Shown here piece by piece: positions 29,313-38,887 of a DNA stretch of 64,000 bases. The notes beneath the pieces are model-generated. The model was not told the origin of the DNA. It worked only from the letters and a program-made list of their open reading frames with translations, and ran no database searches. Location of the stretch: assembly GCA_013314855.1 (NCBI GenBank), contig JABUEW010000001.1:24377-88376 (forward strand), given 5' to 3'. The stretch's first letter is position 1. Each line of letters starts with the position of its first letter. Source of the stretch: Bacillota bacterium (GTDB lineage: Bacteria; Bacillota; Clostridia; Acetivibrionales; DUMC01). A program made the position numbers and the translations under genes.

Positions 29313-30155
29313 TCACTCTCTTTGAACTAACATCATCCTTTTTCTATGACAGTTACATTCTCCTACACCTTCGCACAAAAGAAAAGCTGGGTCTTTTTTT
29401 AATATAGGTACCAACAATTCTATTAATTTATTTCCATTTACTAATTTGCATAAGGCATTGCCAATATAACCTTCACGTTGAATTTCTTTTATTCCTTTGA
29501 TGTTTTCAATCCTTCCAAAAGCTTTTGAACAGCCGGAAAGTTTTTTGCTTAACGGAATTCTTTCAATACTTCCATCATCTCTTTCCACCAGGTAATAGTC
29601 TCCATAAGTGTCTTTGTTTTTTATATGAAGAAAAGGTAAATCCGCCAGACATTCGGCAACATGTATAGTTGAATTTGCTTCATGTCCGACTCCTATTAGA
29701 AGAACTAAACCCCCATTTTTTGCAAGTTTATGAATAGGTGTATCCTCGCCAAAAGGCGGAGTATACTCATTATGATTTTCTACATACTTTTCAGCTTCTT
29801 TTCCTATGGTAGCCACCGAATGGGTAGGGTGGTCACTTCTGTATGCATCACTTCTTCTCCAGAAAACATCACTTACAAGTCCGGTTTGAGACGAGGTCTT
29901 CTTTTTGTTGTATGGCAATGTTCCTTTATTACCTTCATAACTGTAAGTAAAAGTTGGCATCATTATAAGTCCTTCTTCTCCAACTACATTCAATAGCGCA
30001 TTAATCAAGGTATCAGCTCCACCTTCAACATAACCTATAGATTTTAATGAACAATGAAATATTAATTTATCACCTTTTTTAACACCCATTTTTAAAAGGT
30101 CAGTTATTATCCGTTTTAATCCGATATTATTAACCGTACTGTCTGACTTATCCAA
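29313..30155 (-). CDS. AAC(3)-family aminoglycoside/aminosugar N-acetyltransferase (Antibiotic_NAT)
   Basis: 280 aa, TTG start. LKMGVKKGDKLIFHCSLKSIGYVEGGADTLINALLNVVGEEGLIMMPTFTYS matches the family N-terminal signature. Confidence 0.8.
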   Translation of the reverse strand: MDKSDSTVNNIGLKRIITDLLKMGVKKGDKLIFHCSLKSIGYVEGGADTLINALLNVVGEEGLIMMPTFTYSYEGNKGTLPYNKKKTSSQTGLVSDVFWRRSDAYRSDHPTHSVATIGKEAEKYVENHNEYTPPFGEDTPIHKLAKNGGLVLLIGVGHEANSTIHVAECLADLPFLHIKNKDTYGDYYLVERDDGSIERIPLSKKLSGCSKAFGRIENIKGIKEIQREGYIGNALCKLVNGNKLIELLVPILKKDPAFLLCEGVGECNCHRKRMMLVQRE

Positions 30156-30275
30156 CTTATTATTCCCCCACCAGTAACAATTTGCAGCCCTTTTGTTTTT
30201 TAATTCTATTAAAATTATAGCATTTTCATTACTTTATGTAAATACTTCATATTCCTTCACACAAATAGAGTATAC

Positions 30276-31211
30276 CTACAGTAAAATCCTAAAATTCCTG
30301 CTTATGCCTTCACCCTCTATCCATTTGTTACCCCATTCCTCAATATAGGATTCTTTTCTCAACTCTTCACAGCCGATTGAAATTGTATTTGCGGATAATA
30401 TTCCATCATTATAATCAAATACTCTAAGTTCAAAAGGATACTCCCTTAATGAACCAGTCTGGCAATAGGCTATCCCATTCTCAAAATACAAATCATTTAT
30501 ATGCCAATGGCCCGATAGCACAAGTTTAACATTATCGTATTTACTTATAAGCTTCTTTAATTCATTACCATTTGATAGTCCCAAAAGAAAACCGTCGAGT
30601 TTTTCGCCTTTCTTTTGTCCAATCTTCCCATCAGGGAATCTGGCAACAGGGTATAATGGTTTCCATGCCAGAGGTACATGCCCCACCATAACTACCTTAC
30701 AGTCCCTGGCAACTTCAAGTTCAGATTCTATCCATTCCATCTCTTCATCAGAAACACACATTGCCACTATTTTACCAGAGTCGTATGCTTCTTTATCAAG
30801 GTACGGACTTATAGATCCATCCAATGATTTCCAATAGCACATATCCATGAAAATGAAATACAAATCTCCAAATCTTTTTGAATAATAGCATTTACCATCA
30901 GGAAGTTTATAAATATCACAAAGGGACTGGCGTACTCCCGGATACCATGTATCATGATTCCCCGGTACTGCATACCATGGACACGGGAAACTATTAAATA
31001 TTTCACAGGCAAACCTGAAATTTTCCATATTACATTTATGTGTTATATCCCCACATATAACAACAAAATCTGGCGATATCTCTGAAATAGTTTTTACAAG
31101 GCACCTGGCGATTTCAGCACTTTTGGTTAAAAGCACCCTGTTCCAAAATACACTGTCTTTAGCATTTTCAAGCATAATAAAATGAGTATCACTTAAAACT
31201 GCAAATTTCAT
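30276..31211 (-). CDS. Calcineurin-like metallophosphoesterase
   Basis: 311 aa with FAVLSDTHF, VVICGDITH, VPGNHD and LSGHWH. Confidence 0.8.
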   Translation of the reverse strand: MKFAVLSDTHFIMLENAKDSVFWNRVLLTKSAEIARCLVKTISEISPDFVVICGDITHKCNMENFRFACEIFNSFPCPWYAVPGNHDTWYPGVRQSLCDIYKLPDGKCYYSKRFGDLYFIFMDMCYWKSLDGSISPYLDKEAYDSGKIVAMCVSDEEMEWIESELEVARDCKVVMVGHVPLAWKPLYPVARFPDGKIGQKKGEKLDGFLLGLSNGNELKKLISKYDNVKLVLSGHWHINDLYFENGIAYCQTGSLREYPFELRVFDYNDGILSANTISIGCEELRKESYIEEWGNKWIEGEGISRNFRILL

Positions 31212-31271
31212 TTCTTAGCCTCACCTTGCACCATTTTAAGTAAATTACTTAAGTAAATTACCATTTTATTT

Positions 31272-33029
31272 CTATTTTATTTTATCAATATTTATTTTTG
31301 CTTCTTCCTCAAAACATTCTACCTTTTTATACTCTCTTATCACATACTCATCTTCATCTCTGAAAACTGAAATGCTCAAAGGGACATCCGTTTTACCTTT
31401 TAGTGTACATTGTACACCGGCTTCATCTATATTTAAACTATTTATCCACACACCATCTTTCCCTTTTAAGTAACGTCCTATATCGTCATGTCCCGCATAT
31501 ATTTTCTCATATTTGCCTGTCAATTGTCCGGCTAATTTTAGAATATTGTCCCATTCGTCCATTGTCATGTTTTCAAACTTTTGTTCATGGGTCACTATTT
31601 CGGCATAAAAACCTGCCCTCAAACCATGAAGTATTTGATTAGCAGCACTTCGTCCAGCTTTATCTACATCGGTATTCAAACTTTCCGCAAGGTAAGGAGT
31701 ACAACCAGTGAGAAAATCCTCCCTGAATCTGCTTAACATGGCTGCAAAAGCAAAAAAGTCATTATCATCGGGAAGATAGTCATAGTAACAGGTTTGCAGG
31801 TTGTATGGCCAAAACCCGTCACTATAACACATATCCGCCTTGGGGAGTCCAGTCTGCAGGGCGGGGCAGAAAAACAAGCGACCTCTTTTTTTCAGGTATG
31901 GCAGAGAATTAACTCCACAATCTCCAAGGTGGAATCTGATAGTTTTACCTGGAGTTGCTCCAACCCTTCTCCACCAACTATCTTCAAATTCAAAAACCCT
32001 TTCCAATTCTTCACTGCTCATTTCACCCTTGCCGTAATGGTAGTAAAGGAGGTTATAATAATCAAGGGCATGAGAATTATAGCTTACTCTTTTATCAAGT
32101 AGCCCTTCTTTTATTTTGGGGAACAACCTTTCCGGGACATTCCTCAAGAATAATGAAGGCATGGGGACATATCCGTGTTTTACCGCAATATCAACATAGG
32201 CAAAGTCATGTCTTCCGCTGCAGTCGTCAAAAGACATAGTAACAAAAGGTGGAATCATATTAGTTACAAAAGGTTTTTTTACAGCCCATATTATGGAACG
32301 CCAGAACAGGTCCCCAAGACCTCCTGTATGGCCGTATATCTCATTCCGCCAGATGCGTGGATTTATTGTAAACTGTACTGCTTTACCTTTGCCTCTGCGT
32401 GTTGCAAACACAACAGGATAATTGCCTGGCTCATATGCGCTCCAGGGAGCAACATGACGTATGTATATAAGTTGCTCTTTACCTAATAATCCTTCAGCCA
32501 AAGGTTTTACATCCAGACCCCATTTTTCTACGGCAATAGCAGTTACCATTTTATTAAATTTATGATACTCTCCATCTATTTGCATTTCTGTAATATAATG
32601 TTTATTGTTCTTTATTCTTACTACGTCTGTAGCATAAGGATGGGGATTTATTTTATCAAATCCAAATATCTTAAGGTATTCACTATTGTAATGGCGGATG
32701 TCATTGTCAAAATTTACAAGGCCTGTCCCTTCTTCTACAGTTTCAGCTATCAACTTCATTTCTTCATCTGTAAGAAAATTTCCCAGACGGCTCTGGGCCA
32801 GGATTATTCCGGCACAGCTTCTCAAAATTTGGGGCGTCAGCCTTTGTTTTGCAAGGTCCAAAACCGTGTAGGGCATACCAAAATGCTCAAGCGCTGTTAG
32901 TACCGTTTCATCAACGATTGAATAGTCCCAATATGAACCTATGCTGTTAACAACAACCAACAGGCACCTGTTTCCTAAAGAATTATGCCTTTGCCTTTCA
33001 ACTTTTCCAAAATTGTTCTTCAACCTCAT
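31272..33029 (-). CDS. Hypothetical protein: GATase1-like N-terminal region followed by a region carrying FVTMSFDDCSGRHD
   Basis: Start moved to ATG 33029 (MRLKNNFGK...). No confident family assignment. The FDD motif hints at a deacetylase-like barrel. Confidence 0.3.
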   Translation of the reverse strand: MRLKNNFGKVERQRHNSLGNRCLLVVVNSIGSYWDYSIVDETVLTALEHFGMPYTVLDLAKQRLTPQILRSCAGIILAQSRLGNFLTDEEMKLIAETVEEGTGLVNFDNDIRHYNSEYLKIFGFDKINPHPYATDVVRIKNNKHYITEMQIDGEYHKFNKMVTAIAVEKWGLDVKPLAEGLLGKEQLIYIRHVAPWSAYEPGNYPVVFATRRGKGKAVQFTINPRIWRNEIYGHTGGLGDLFWRSIIWAVKKPFVTNMIPPFVTMSFDDCSGRHDFAYVDIAVKHGYVPMPSLFLRNVPERLFPKIKEGLLDKRVSYNSHALDYYNLLYYHYGKGEMSSEELERVFEFEDSWWRRVGATPGKTIRFHLGDCGVNSLPYLKKRGRLFFCPALQTGLPKADMCYSDGFWPYNLQTCYYDYLPDDNDFFAFAAMLSRFREDFLTGCTPYLAESLNTDVDKAGRSAANQILHGLRAGFYAEIVTHEQKFENMTMDEWDNILKLAGQLTGKYEKIYAGHDDIGRYLKGKDGVWINSLNIDEAGVQCTLKGKTDVPLSISVFRDEDEYVIREYKKVECFEEEAKINIDKIK

Positions 33030-33117
33030 CACCCCTATTACTATTAATACTCTATACAATCTATACAATTTGCTTTTTATCAGTTATATTACCGGTAATG
33101 AACCATTCTCTAATTAG

Positions 33118-33873
33118 TTATGATATCAATTTCTCAGCATTCTTATAAAACAACCTTTCTTTTGTTTCATCATCCATAGTAACATAATTGAACATATCCA
33201 GCCTGTTTTTCAGCGGATACATGCTTTTACCAAAGCCAAAATCCGATCCGAACATTATTTTGTCATTGCTTACCCGGTCTATTATTTTTTGAAGCTGAAA
33301 TATCGATGGACCACAAAGCGATAAATATATATTTTTATATTTGTTTGCAGCGTGTATGGCATTATCATAAGTTTCTATCAGGCCTGAATGGCCAAGTATA
33401 ATAGTTGCTTCAGGGTATCTGAAGGCCAGGTTGGCCACCTGCAGTGTTGATGCGTAAGGGGGACTGCCGTCGTGAAATAGTATAGGTAGGTTATGTTTTA
33501 TGCATTCTTCAGTAATAAGTGATATCGATGGGTGCGTAATAGGACATCCTTGAAGCCAAGTATGAAGTTTTAAGCCTTTAAAGCCGTAAATTTCCACGCA
33601 CCTTTTTATTTCGTCCAGGGTTTTGCAACCATAATTAGGGTTTACGGTAAAAAAGCCTATAAACCTTTTTTCATTCCTTTTGCAAAAGTCATGTAAGGCC
33701 TGGTTAGCCTCTCTATACTCCCCAATTCCATAAAGGCCACTGGTGGGACTTACCCATATCTTTTCTACTTTACTTTCATCCATTAATTCAAGGGTTTCTT
33801 CTACTGTAAGGCCTGGCAGATCTCCATTCCTGAATTTTCCATCTGTCATGTGTACGTGAGTATCTATAATCAT
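33118..33873 (-). CDS. Amidohydro_2-type metal-dependent hydrolase
   Basis: 251 aa with MIIDTHVHM, ILGHSG and IMFGSDFGF. Confidence 0.75.
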   Translation of the reverse strand: MIIDTHVHMTDGKFRNGDLPGLTVEETLELMDESKVEKIWVSPTSGLYGIGEYREANQALHDFCKRNEKRFIGFFTVNPNYGCKTLDEIKRCVEIYGFKGLKLHTWLQGCPITHPSISLITEECIKHNLPILFHDGSPPYASTLQVANLAFRYPEATIILGHSGLIETYDNAIHAANKYKNIYLSLCGPSIFQLQKIIDRVSNDKIMFGSDFGFGKSMYPLKNRLDMFNYVTMDDETKERLFYKNAEKLIS

Positions 33874-33890
33874 ATTCCATCACCCGCCTA

Positions 33891-34619
33891 TCAGTTCCTT
33901 AATATTTTTATAATATTTTTATAGAAAATCTTCTCCTGTACTTGCTCCGGTAGCTTAAGTTCCAGAATCTTCTTAATTTCATGAGTCTGATGGGATCTGG
34001 GCATATTTGAACCGAATATTACCCGGTCTTCGCCGGCAGCTTGAATTAGCCCCAGTATTGCACTGGATAAATTATGTGAGGTATCAAGGTAAATATTTTC
34101 CCGGGATTTAGCTGCATAGGCTGTGTCTGTCCAGAAATCGGTGTTCCCTGAATGGCCCATAATAAAATTAACTTTGGGGAAATCATCTGCCAGCTCAGCA
34201 AGCTGGAAAGGTTCGGAAGTAACCATGGTGCCTGTATGAAAATATACAGGCACCATATATTCTTCAACTACCTTTATTAAAGGTTTAACAAGGTCACTAT
34301 TCAGTATGAACCCCTGTAATTTGGGGTTTAGTTTCAACCCGCGCAATCCTTTATCAAGATATTTTTTTAATATTTCAACAGCCTTATCAAGATACCACGG
34401 GTTAACTGAAGCAAAACCAATAAATCTGTCCGGATACTTATTAACTAGATCCAGTATATACCTATTTCCTTCTTCATTATATACAGCTATATACTGCTCT
34501 ATAGGTACAATAACGCACTTTTCGACCTCATTTTGGTCCATCAGCTCAATCAGTTTTTCAGGGTCAAGCGCTTTTTCAAAGCCTTTACCTACATGTACAT
34601 GGGCATCTATTTTTTTCAT
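33891..34619 (-). CDS. Amidohydro_2-type metal-dependent hydrolase
   Basis: Start moved to ATG 34619 (MKKIDAHVHVG). Has FIMGHSG and VIFGSNMP. Confidence 0.75.
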   Translation of the reverse strand: MKKIDAHVHVGKGFEKALDPEKLIELMDQNEVEKCVIVPIEQYIAVYNEEGNRYILDLVNKYPDRFIGFASVNPWYLDKAVEILKKYLDKGLRGLKLNPKLQGFILNSDLVKPLIKVVEEYMVPVYFHTGTMVTSEPFQLAELADDFPKVNFIMGHSGNTDFWTDTAYAAKSRENIYLDTSHNLSSAILGLIQAAGEDRVIFGSNMPRSHQTHEIKKILELKLPEQVQEKIFYKNIIKILRN

Positions 34620-34655
34620 ATTTTTTATTCCCCGCATATAAATATTTTACTTAAA

Positions 34656-34710
34656 CATATTGCCTTAATCGACATGTTTCGACATATTTCGGGTGGTGCC
34701 AGGCACCTTA
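34656..34710 (-). repeat. 55-nt repeat, copy 1, overlapping the last 15 codons and stop of 34665..35852
   Basis: About 84% identical to 36816..36870. Contains the palindrome GGTGCCAGGCACC and the direct repeat TCGACATGTTTCGACAT. Confidence 0.8.
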
Positions 34711-35852
34711 ATTTCCCACAGATATCCACTGCGGTAAGGGTTATCATTCTCACAGGCATAGAGTACTCCATCCTTTGTCATAACAACATGATGGACCTGG
34801 TAACATGCCTCTCCATCCTGGTCTATTACATCACCTATAAGCTCATACTTGGTCTTCATGAAATCAAATTTCAGCACTTCACATTTTCCGTCTCTTCCGG
34901 TAACTCCATAGGCACAACCATCAGGCCCCACTGCCATTGATGTAAGCCTGCTTCTCCTATCCTTTATTGGTGTAAAAAGGTACATGGATTTCCCTGTCTC
35001 AGGGTCTATCCTATGAATAGAACCATTTTTCCCGCTGGCATACATATACCCGTCACCAAGGTTAAAAAGGGCTTCCATTTTTTCGTAACCATATAACCCA
35101 TCTGCCCTGGTTAAACCGGTATCTAAAAATTCAATTTTTTCCCCCCCTGCCGGAACTCTAAAAAGCCTGTTTGCGTCTTCACCCGCATAAGGCTGCCATG
35201 CTCTTGTAAGGCACCAGGTTCCCCAAAGGTTCCCTTTATCGTCAAGTTCAATATTTTCTCCCTGGGCCATGCCTGATATTCCAGTTCCAACCAGCCCGAG
35301 ATTTTTAACCTCACCTGTTTCCATATTATAAGTTATCAAGTATTCCGGCGGAAAACACTGGCAGTACATGAGATCTCTTTCCTGATCAAGGACCGCAGCT
35401 TGTATATATACGTGGGGCATTGGGGTAGCAATTCTTTCAATGTCACCCGTCTTTGGGTTATATTTTATAATAGCACCCCCCGGAGCTTCCCATTGTTTAT
35501 CAACACAATGAAGAAGTGCAATTGCCCCATAAATGCAGCCATCTTTTTCTCTTTTAAAAAGGGCACGGTGGAACTTGGCATCATATGGTTTTGCTACCCT
35601 GCTGTACCCAAGATCCACAAATTTTTCTTCATTACGGTCATACGCCATAAAGATTCCATTTTCATCAAATGTTGTTATCCCTAAATAAACCCGGTTATCA
35701 TCTTCGTTATAATAGGCACAATCCATGCTTATCCAATCCGATCTCCATTCAGGATTGTTTTTAAAGTCATCATATGTCCATCGGCTTAGTACATTGGAAA
35801 ACCAGCTTTCCCCAAAATGTCTATCCTTTAGTTTCAAAGATTTTATTTGCAT
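34665..35852 (-). CDS. Hypothetical protein, probable beta-propeller
   Basis: 395 aa. The sequence shows repetitive strand-like periodicity (DGxxYG/DGVLYA-type blades). No catalytic motif recognised. Confidence 0.3.
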   Translation of the reverse strand: MQIKSLKLKDRHFGESWFSNVLSRWTYDDFKNNPEWRSDWISMDCAYYNEDDNRVYLGITTFDENGIFMAYDRNEEKFVDLGYSRVAKPYDAKFHRALFKREKDGCIYGAIALLHCVDKQWEAPGGAIIKYNPKTGDIERIATPMPHVYIQAAVLDQERDLMYCQCFPPEYLITYNMETGEVKNLGLVGTGISGMAQGENIELDDKGNLWGTWCLTRAWQPYAGEDANRLFRVPAGGEKIEFLDTGLTRADGLYGYEKMEALFNLGDGYMYASGKNGSIHRIDPETGKSMYLFTPIKDRRSRLTSMAVGPDGCAYGVTGRDGKCEVLKFDFMKTKYELIGDVIDQDGEACYQVHHVVMTKDGVLYACENDNPYRSGYLWEIKVPGTTRNMSKHVD

Positions 35853-35873
35853 AAATAACCTCTCCTTTAATTT

Positions 35874-36743
35874 TTATTTTTTTGCCTTATAATGCCAGGC
35901 ATACTTATCATCCTTATCGGCAAAGAACCTATAAAACTCTTTTTTCACCGGCCAATTTCTGATTTTATCCAAATTATTTATGCACCATTCTATTGATGCT
36001 GGTTCACCTTTATCATCAGTGCCTATGAAGCCCTGTTCTAATTCATCAGGATCTGCCAATCTCCATTTTCCATCAACAAACACTTCTGCTACACGATGGC
36101 AATTTAATTGTACTAATCTACCCCTCCATCCTGCTGCCTGTGCCAGTTGCACAACAACACAGGCTTGATGGCCACAACGGCCTTCATGAAGCAGTAAAAG
36201 TTCGAGGGCATCTGTCACCATTCCTGCCAACCCCCAATCCCCGTCCATAGTAACCTGCAGAGGATTACACCAAACTCCCAGGTACTTGCCAAAGGCAACG
36301 GCTTCATTATATGCTTTCACAGCCCAGGGTTTTTCCAAGTCTTCAGGATACGGCTCACTCTGTGTAGCTAAAGAATCCCCTTTAAGTCCTCTGAAGACCA
36401 GGTGAGCATCTTTTTCCATAGGTTGCTCGGCTGGAGGATGAATCATCATCCTTTGTACAAAAAAAACAAGGTTCTTAAAACGCTCAATATCATTTGTAGT
36501 GTCTTTCCATATATGGTTAATTATATCCTTTAATACCTTATCTCTATCAACACCCTCCAATTGTTTCCTGACGAAATCAAGCTTTTCAGTGCGATACCAA
36601 AGTATTGCTTTAAGACTCGTATCATACATGTCTTTTCCTTTACCCATACCTTCGGGCAAAAACCAGGGTTTGATATTACTCCCTGGTGGTGTCCATTCAG
36701 GACTATAAACATAATCAAAATCAAAGGTAAACTTTTTTCCCAC
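35874..36743 (-). CDS. Transglutaminase-core-like Cys-His-Asp protein, divergent paralog III
   Basis: 289 aa, GTG start with AAAGGAGG RBS. Has GRCGHQACVVVQLAQAAGWRGRLV (Cys), NCHRVAEVF (His) and WRLADPD (Asp). Confidence 0.5.
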   Translation of the reverse strand: MGKKFTFDFDYVYSPEWTPPGSNIKPWFLPEGMGKGKDMYDTSLKAILWYRTEKLDFVRKQLEGVDRDKVLKDIINHIWKDTTNDIERFKNLVFFVQRMMIHPPAEQPMEKDAHLVFRGLKGDSLATQSEPYPEDLEKPWAVKAYNEAVAFGKYLGVWCNPLQVTMDGDWGLAGMVTDALELLLLHEGRCGHQACVVVQLAQAAGWRGRLVQLNCHRVAEVFVDGKWRLADPDELEQGFIGTDDKGEPASIEWCINNLDKIRNWPVKKEFYRFFADKDDKYAWHYKAKK

Positions 36744-36814
36744 TAAAGTAACCTCCTTTATTTTATATTGATTTCATTAAAAGCACACACAAGTATGGAA
36801 AAACTCAGTACAAG

Positions 36815-38797
36815 TCATATTGCTGCATTCGACATGCTTCGACATAATTCGGGTGGTGCCAGGTACATTATCCCGTATACATCCAATTCCGGTATTTCAA
36901 TACGCAAATAGTCTCCATTATCTTCTGCTAGAAGCTTTATATCCTCTTTACCGGGACTCATCCATATAATATCACTCACCTTTTTCTTGGGTTTTATGTT
37001 TACTAAAATTCCTCTCCTGGTAACCGGGTGAATAAAAGGAAATACATTAACATACCTGTTCACAATATGCACAGCCTCACCATCTTCTAAAATAGTATGG
37101 TTAAGAGAAATCAAAGGCATATTCTTTTCCATATAAACTGAAGGGTTGACAAGAGCTTTCTCCACCGCTAAAGCATACTCACAATCTGGTTTTCTATACC
37201 CTGAATGTATACCAATAGGTTTCCTTTTAACAAAATAATCTTTTTCTACATTGTCATTAAAATGTTTCCATCCATTACCTCCCCACTTTTTATTATAGGG
37301 TTCAAAATTTTCATCAAATTTACAGCATATACCTGAACTTATAATTTTTCCACCAGAATTTAGATATTCTTGTATGGCATCAAACCAAACTCTAGGCATT
37401 ATTTCAATGTTTGGTACAATAATTAGCTTATATTTTTCCAACCTTGTGGAATGTTCTTCCTTCTCTACAATTAATATATCATAGGGCAAATTCATATCTT
37501 CCAAAAGGGCAGCGCTCATTTTTGAAGGACTTATGGCTTGTGATGACCAGAGATCAGACCTCCAGGAGTAAAGAATGGCAATATCATTGGCGTCCTTCTC
37601 TACAGCATAAATATCACGGGCATGTTTAACATAAAAGTTTCTCATAATGGCCTGTGCTTCCTGAAGCTTTTCATCCTCACGTATATGAAAATCCCAGAAC
37701 TCTGCTTGACCACCCATTGCCCTGCCTTCAGCGCTTAGTACCTGGACCATGCCGGCTACAGGAGCCGATTCAACTGTGCGGGTAACAATATACATGCAGC
37801 GCTCACCTTCCCCGATAGCAGTACCGAGACGTAAACTAAAAACATTTGAAACAGGAGGAGCAGTATACCCTTCCTCTGAAAACACCATGTCAAAAACTCC
37901 TGACAGGGCTACAGCGCTTTGTTCGGGGATGCCTACATGTCCATTGGATGTAAAAATAATTTTTCTACCTATTTCTTTTTCAAGGCGGCTGCGTATCTCC
38001 CTACAAAATTCCACAGCTTTTTCAATACGCCATTCCAAATATCTCATAAACCTTTTGTTATCAACCCGCACCAGATCTTTAGGTACCTGGTTATATCCAA
38101 TATAATCAAACACTCTCATATCGCCAATTACCGTTTCCTGAATACCCATATCGTCAATAAGTTCACTTCCAAACTTTTCTTTATATGCATCCTGGCAATA
38201 TTTGCAACGACAATGTATAAATGGAGTATTATTATCAAGAAATACCCCATCGGCACCGGTTTTTCCTACTCGTATTATCAAACGTTCTACAAGAAAATCC
38301 CGCCATCCGGGTTTATTTAAACAGGCAAATCTTCGTCCTTCATTATTAAAGGCCCAGGCAAATGGAACCAGTTCAGCAGCCATGGCTTCTATTTCATCCT
38401 TTGAAAATGCTCCTTCATCAAAATTGTTTTCATTCTGATAAACAACTACCGGGATACCAACTGCATGTAATGAATCATTATACTCTTTCTCATTACGTAC
38501 ACTTTCCAAAAGCATTTCATTTCTTGCAGGTCCTTTGAAACCCAGGGTACCCTTTCGCCCATAATTATCCATGGCAGTATGATACAGAAGATTACAGGGA
38601 CGATTTGCAATAGATGGCCCAACAGGCTCTTTTCGTGCTTCATTTATAGTGCTGTTAATATCAAGACTATAGAGCATTGTTCCTCGCCTTAATATTTTCC
38701 TGTAATCATCCATAGTTGGGAAATTCCCATCATGCCATAAATCAGGAGATAATCTTAACCCATTATCAAATATTATATCTTTCGTGTCTAAAGGCAC
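36815..38797 (-). CDS. GH42-like protein, divergent paralog IV
   Basis: 660 aa, GTG start with GGAGGG RBS. Has FIHCRCKYCQDAYKEKFG (CxCxxC) and LIIVPNIEIMPRVWFDAIQEYLNSGGKIISSG (GATase1-like). Confidence 0.45.
   Translation of the reverse strand: MPLDTKDIIFDNGLRLSPDLWHDGNFPTMDDYRKILRRGTMLYSLDINSTINEARKEPVGPSIANRPCNLLYHTAMDNYGRKGTLGFKGPARNEMLLESVRNEKEYNDSLHAVGIPVVVYQNENNFDEGAFSKDEIEAMAAELVPFAWAFNNEGRRFACLNKPGWRDFLVERLIIRVGKTGADGVFLDNNTPFIHCRCKYCQDAYKEKFGSELIDDMGIQETVIGDMRVFDYIGYNQVPKDLVRVDNKRFMRYLEWRIEKAVEFCREIRSRLEKEIGRKIIFTSNGHVGIPEQSAVALSGVFDMVFSEEGYTAPPVSNVFSLRLGTAIGEGERCMYIVTRTVESAPVAGMVQVLSAEGRAMGGQAEFWDFHIREDEKLQEAQAIMRNFYVKHARDIYAVEKDANDIAILYSWRSDLWSSQAISPSKMSAALLEDMNLPYDILIVEKEEHSTRLEKYKLIIVPNIEIMPRVWFDAIQEYLNSGGKIISSGICCKFDENFEPYNKKWGGNGWKHFNDNVEKDYFVKRKPIGIHSGYRKPDCEYALAVEKALVNPSVYMEKNMPLISLNHTILEDGEAVHIVNRYVNVFPFIHPVTRRGILVNIKPKKKVSDIIWMSPGKEDIKLLAEDNGDYLRIEIPELDVYGIMYLAPPELCRSMSNAAI
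36816..36870 (-). repeat. 55-nt repeat, copy 2, overlapping the last 18 codons of 36815..38797
   Basis: See copy 1. The shared nucleotides are read in a different frame here (LAPPELCRSMSNAAI* vs PGTTRNMSKHVD*). Confidence 0.8.
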
Positions 38798-38887
38798 GCG
38801 TCAACCCTCCATTTCATCAGACTTACTATTTTAGTGAAATTCCATTTACGAAACCCTCATATTAAAAATATAATTTACTGTTTTACA

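Noticed and set aside
34690-34710. CTGGCAC inside the 55-nt repeat as a sigma-54 (-24) promoter element
   Set aside because: The minus-strand sequence is TGGCACCACCCGAAAT. The position where the -12 TTGC element should lie reads GAAA(T/U), so the bipartite GG-N10-GC consensus is not met in either copy.
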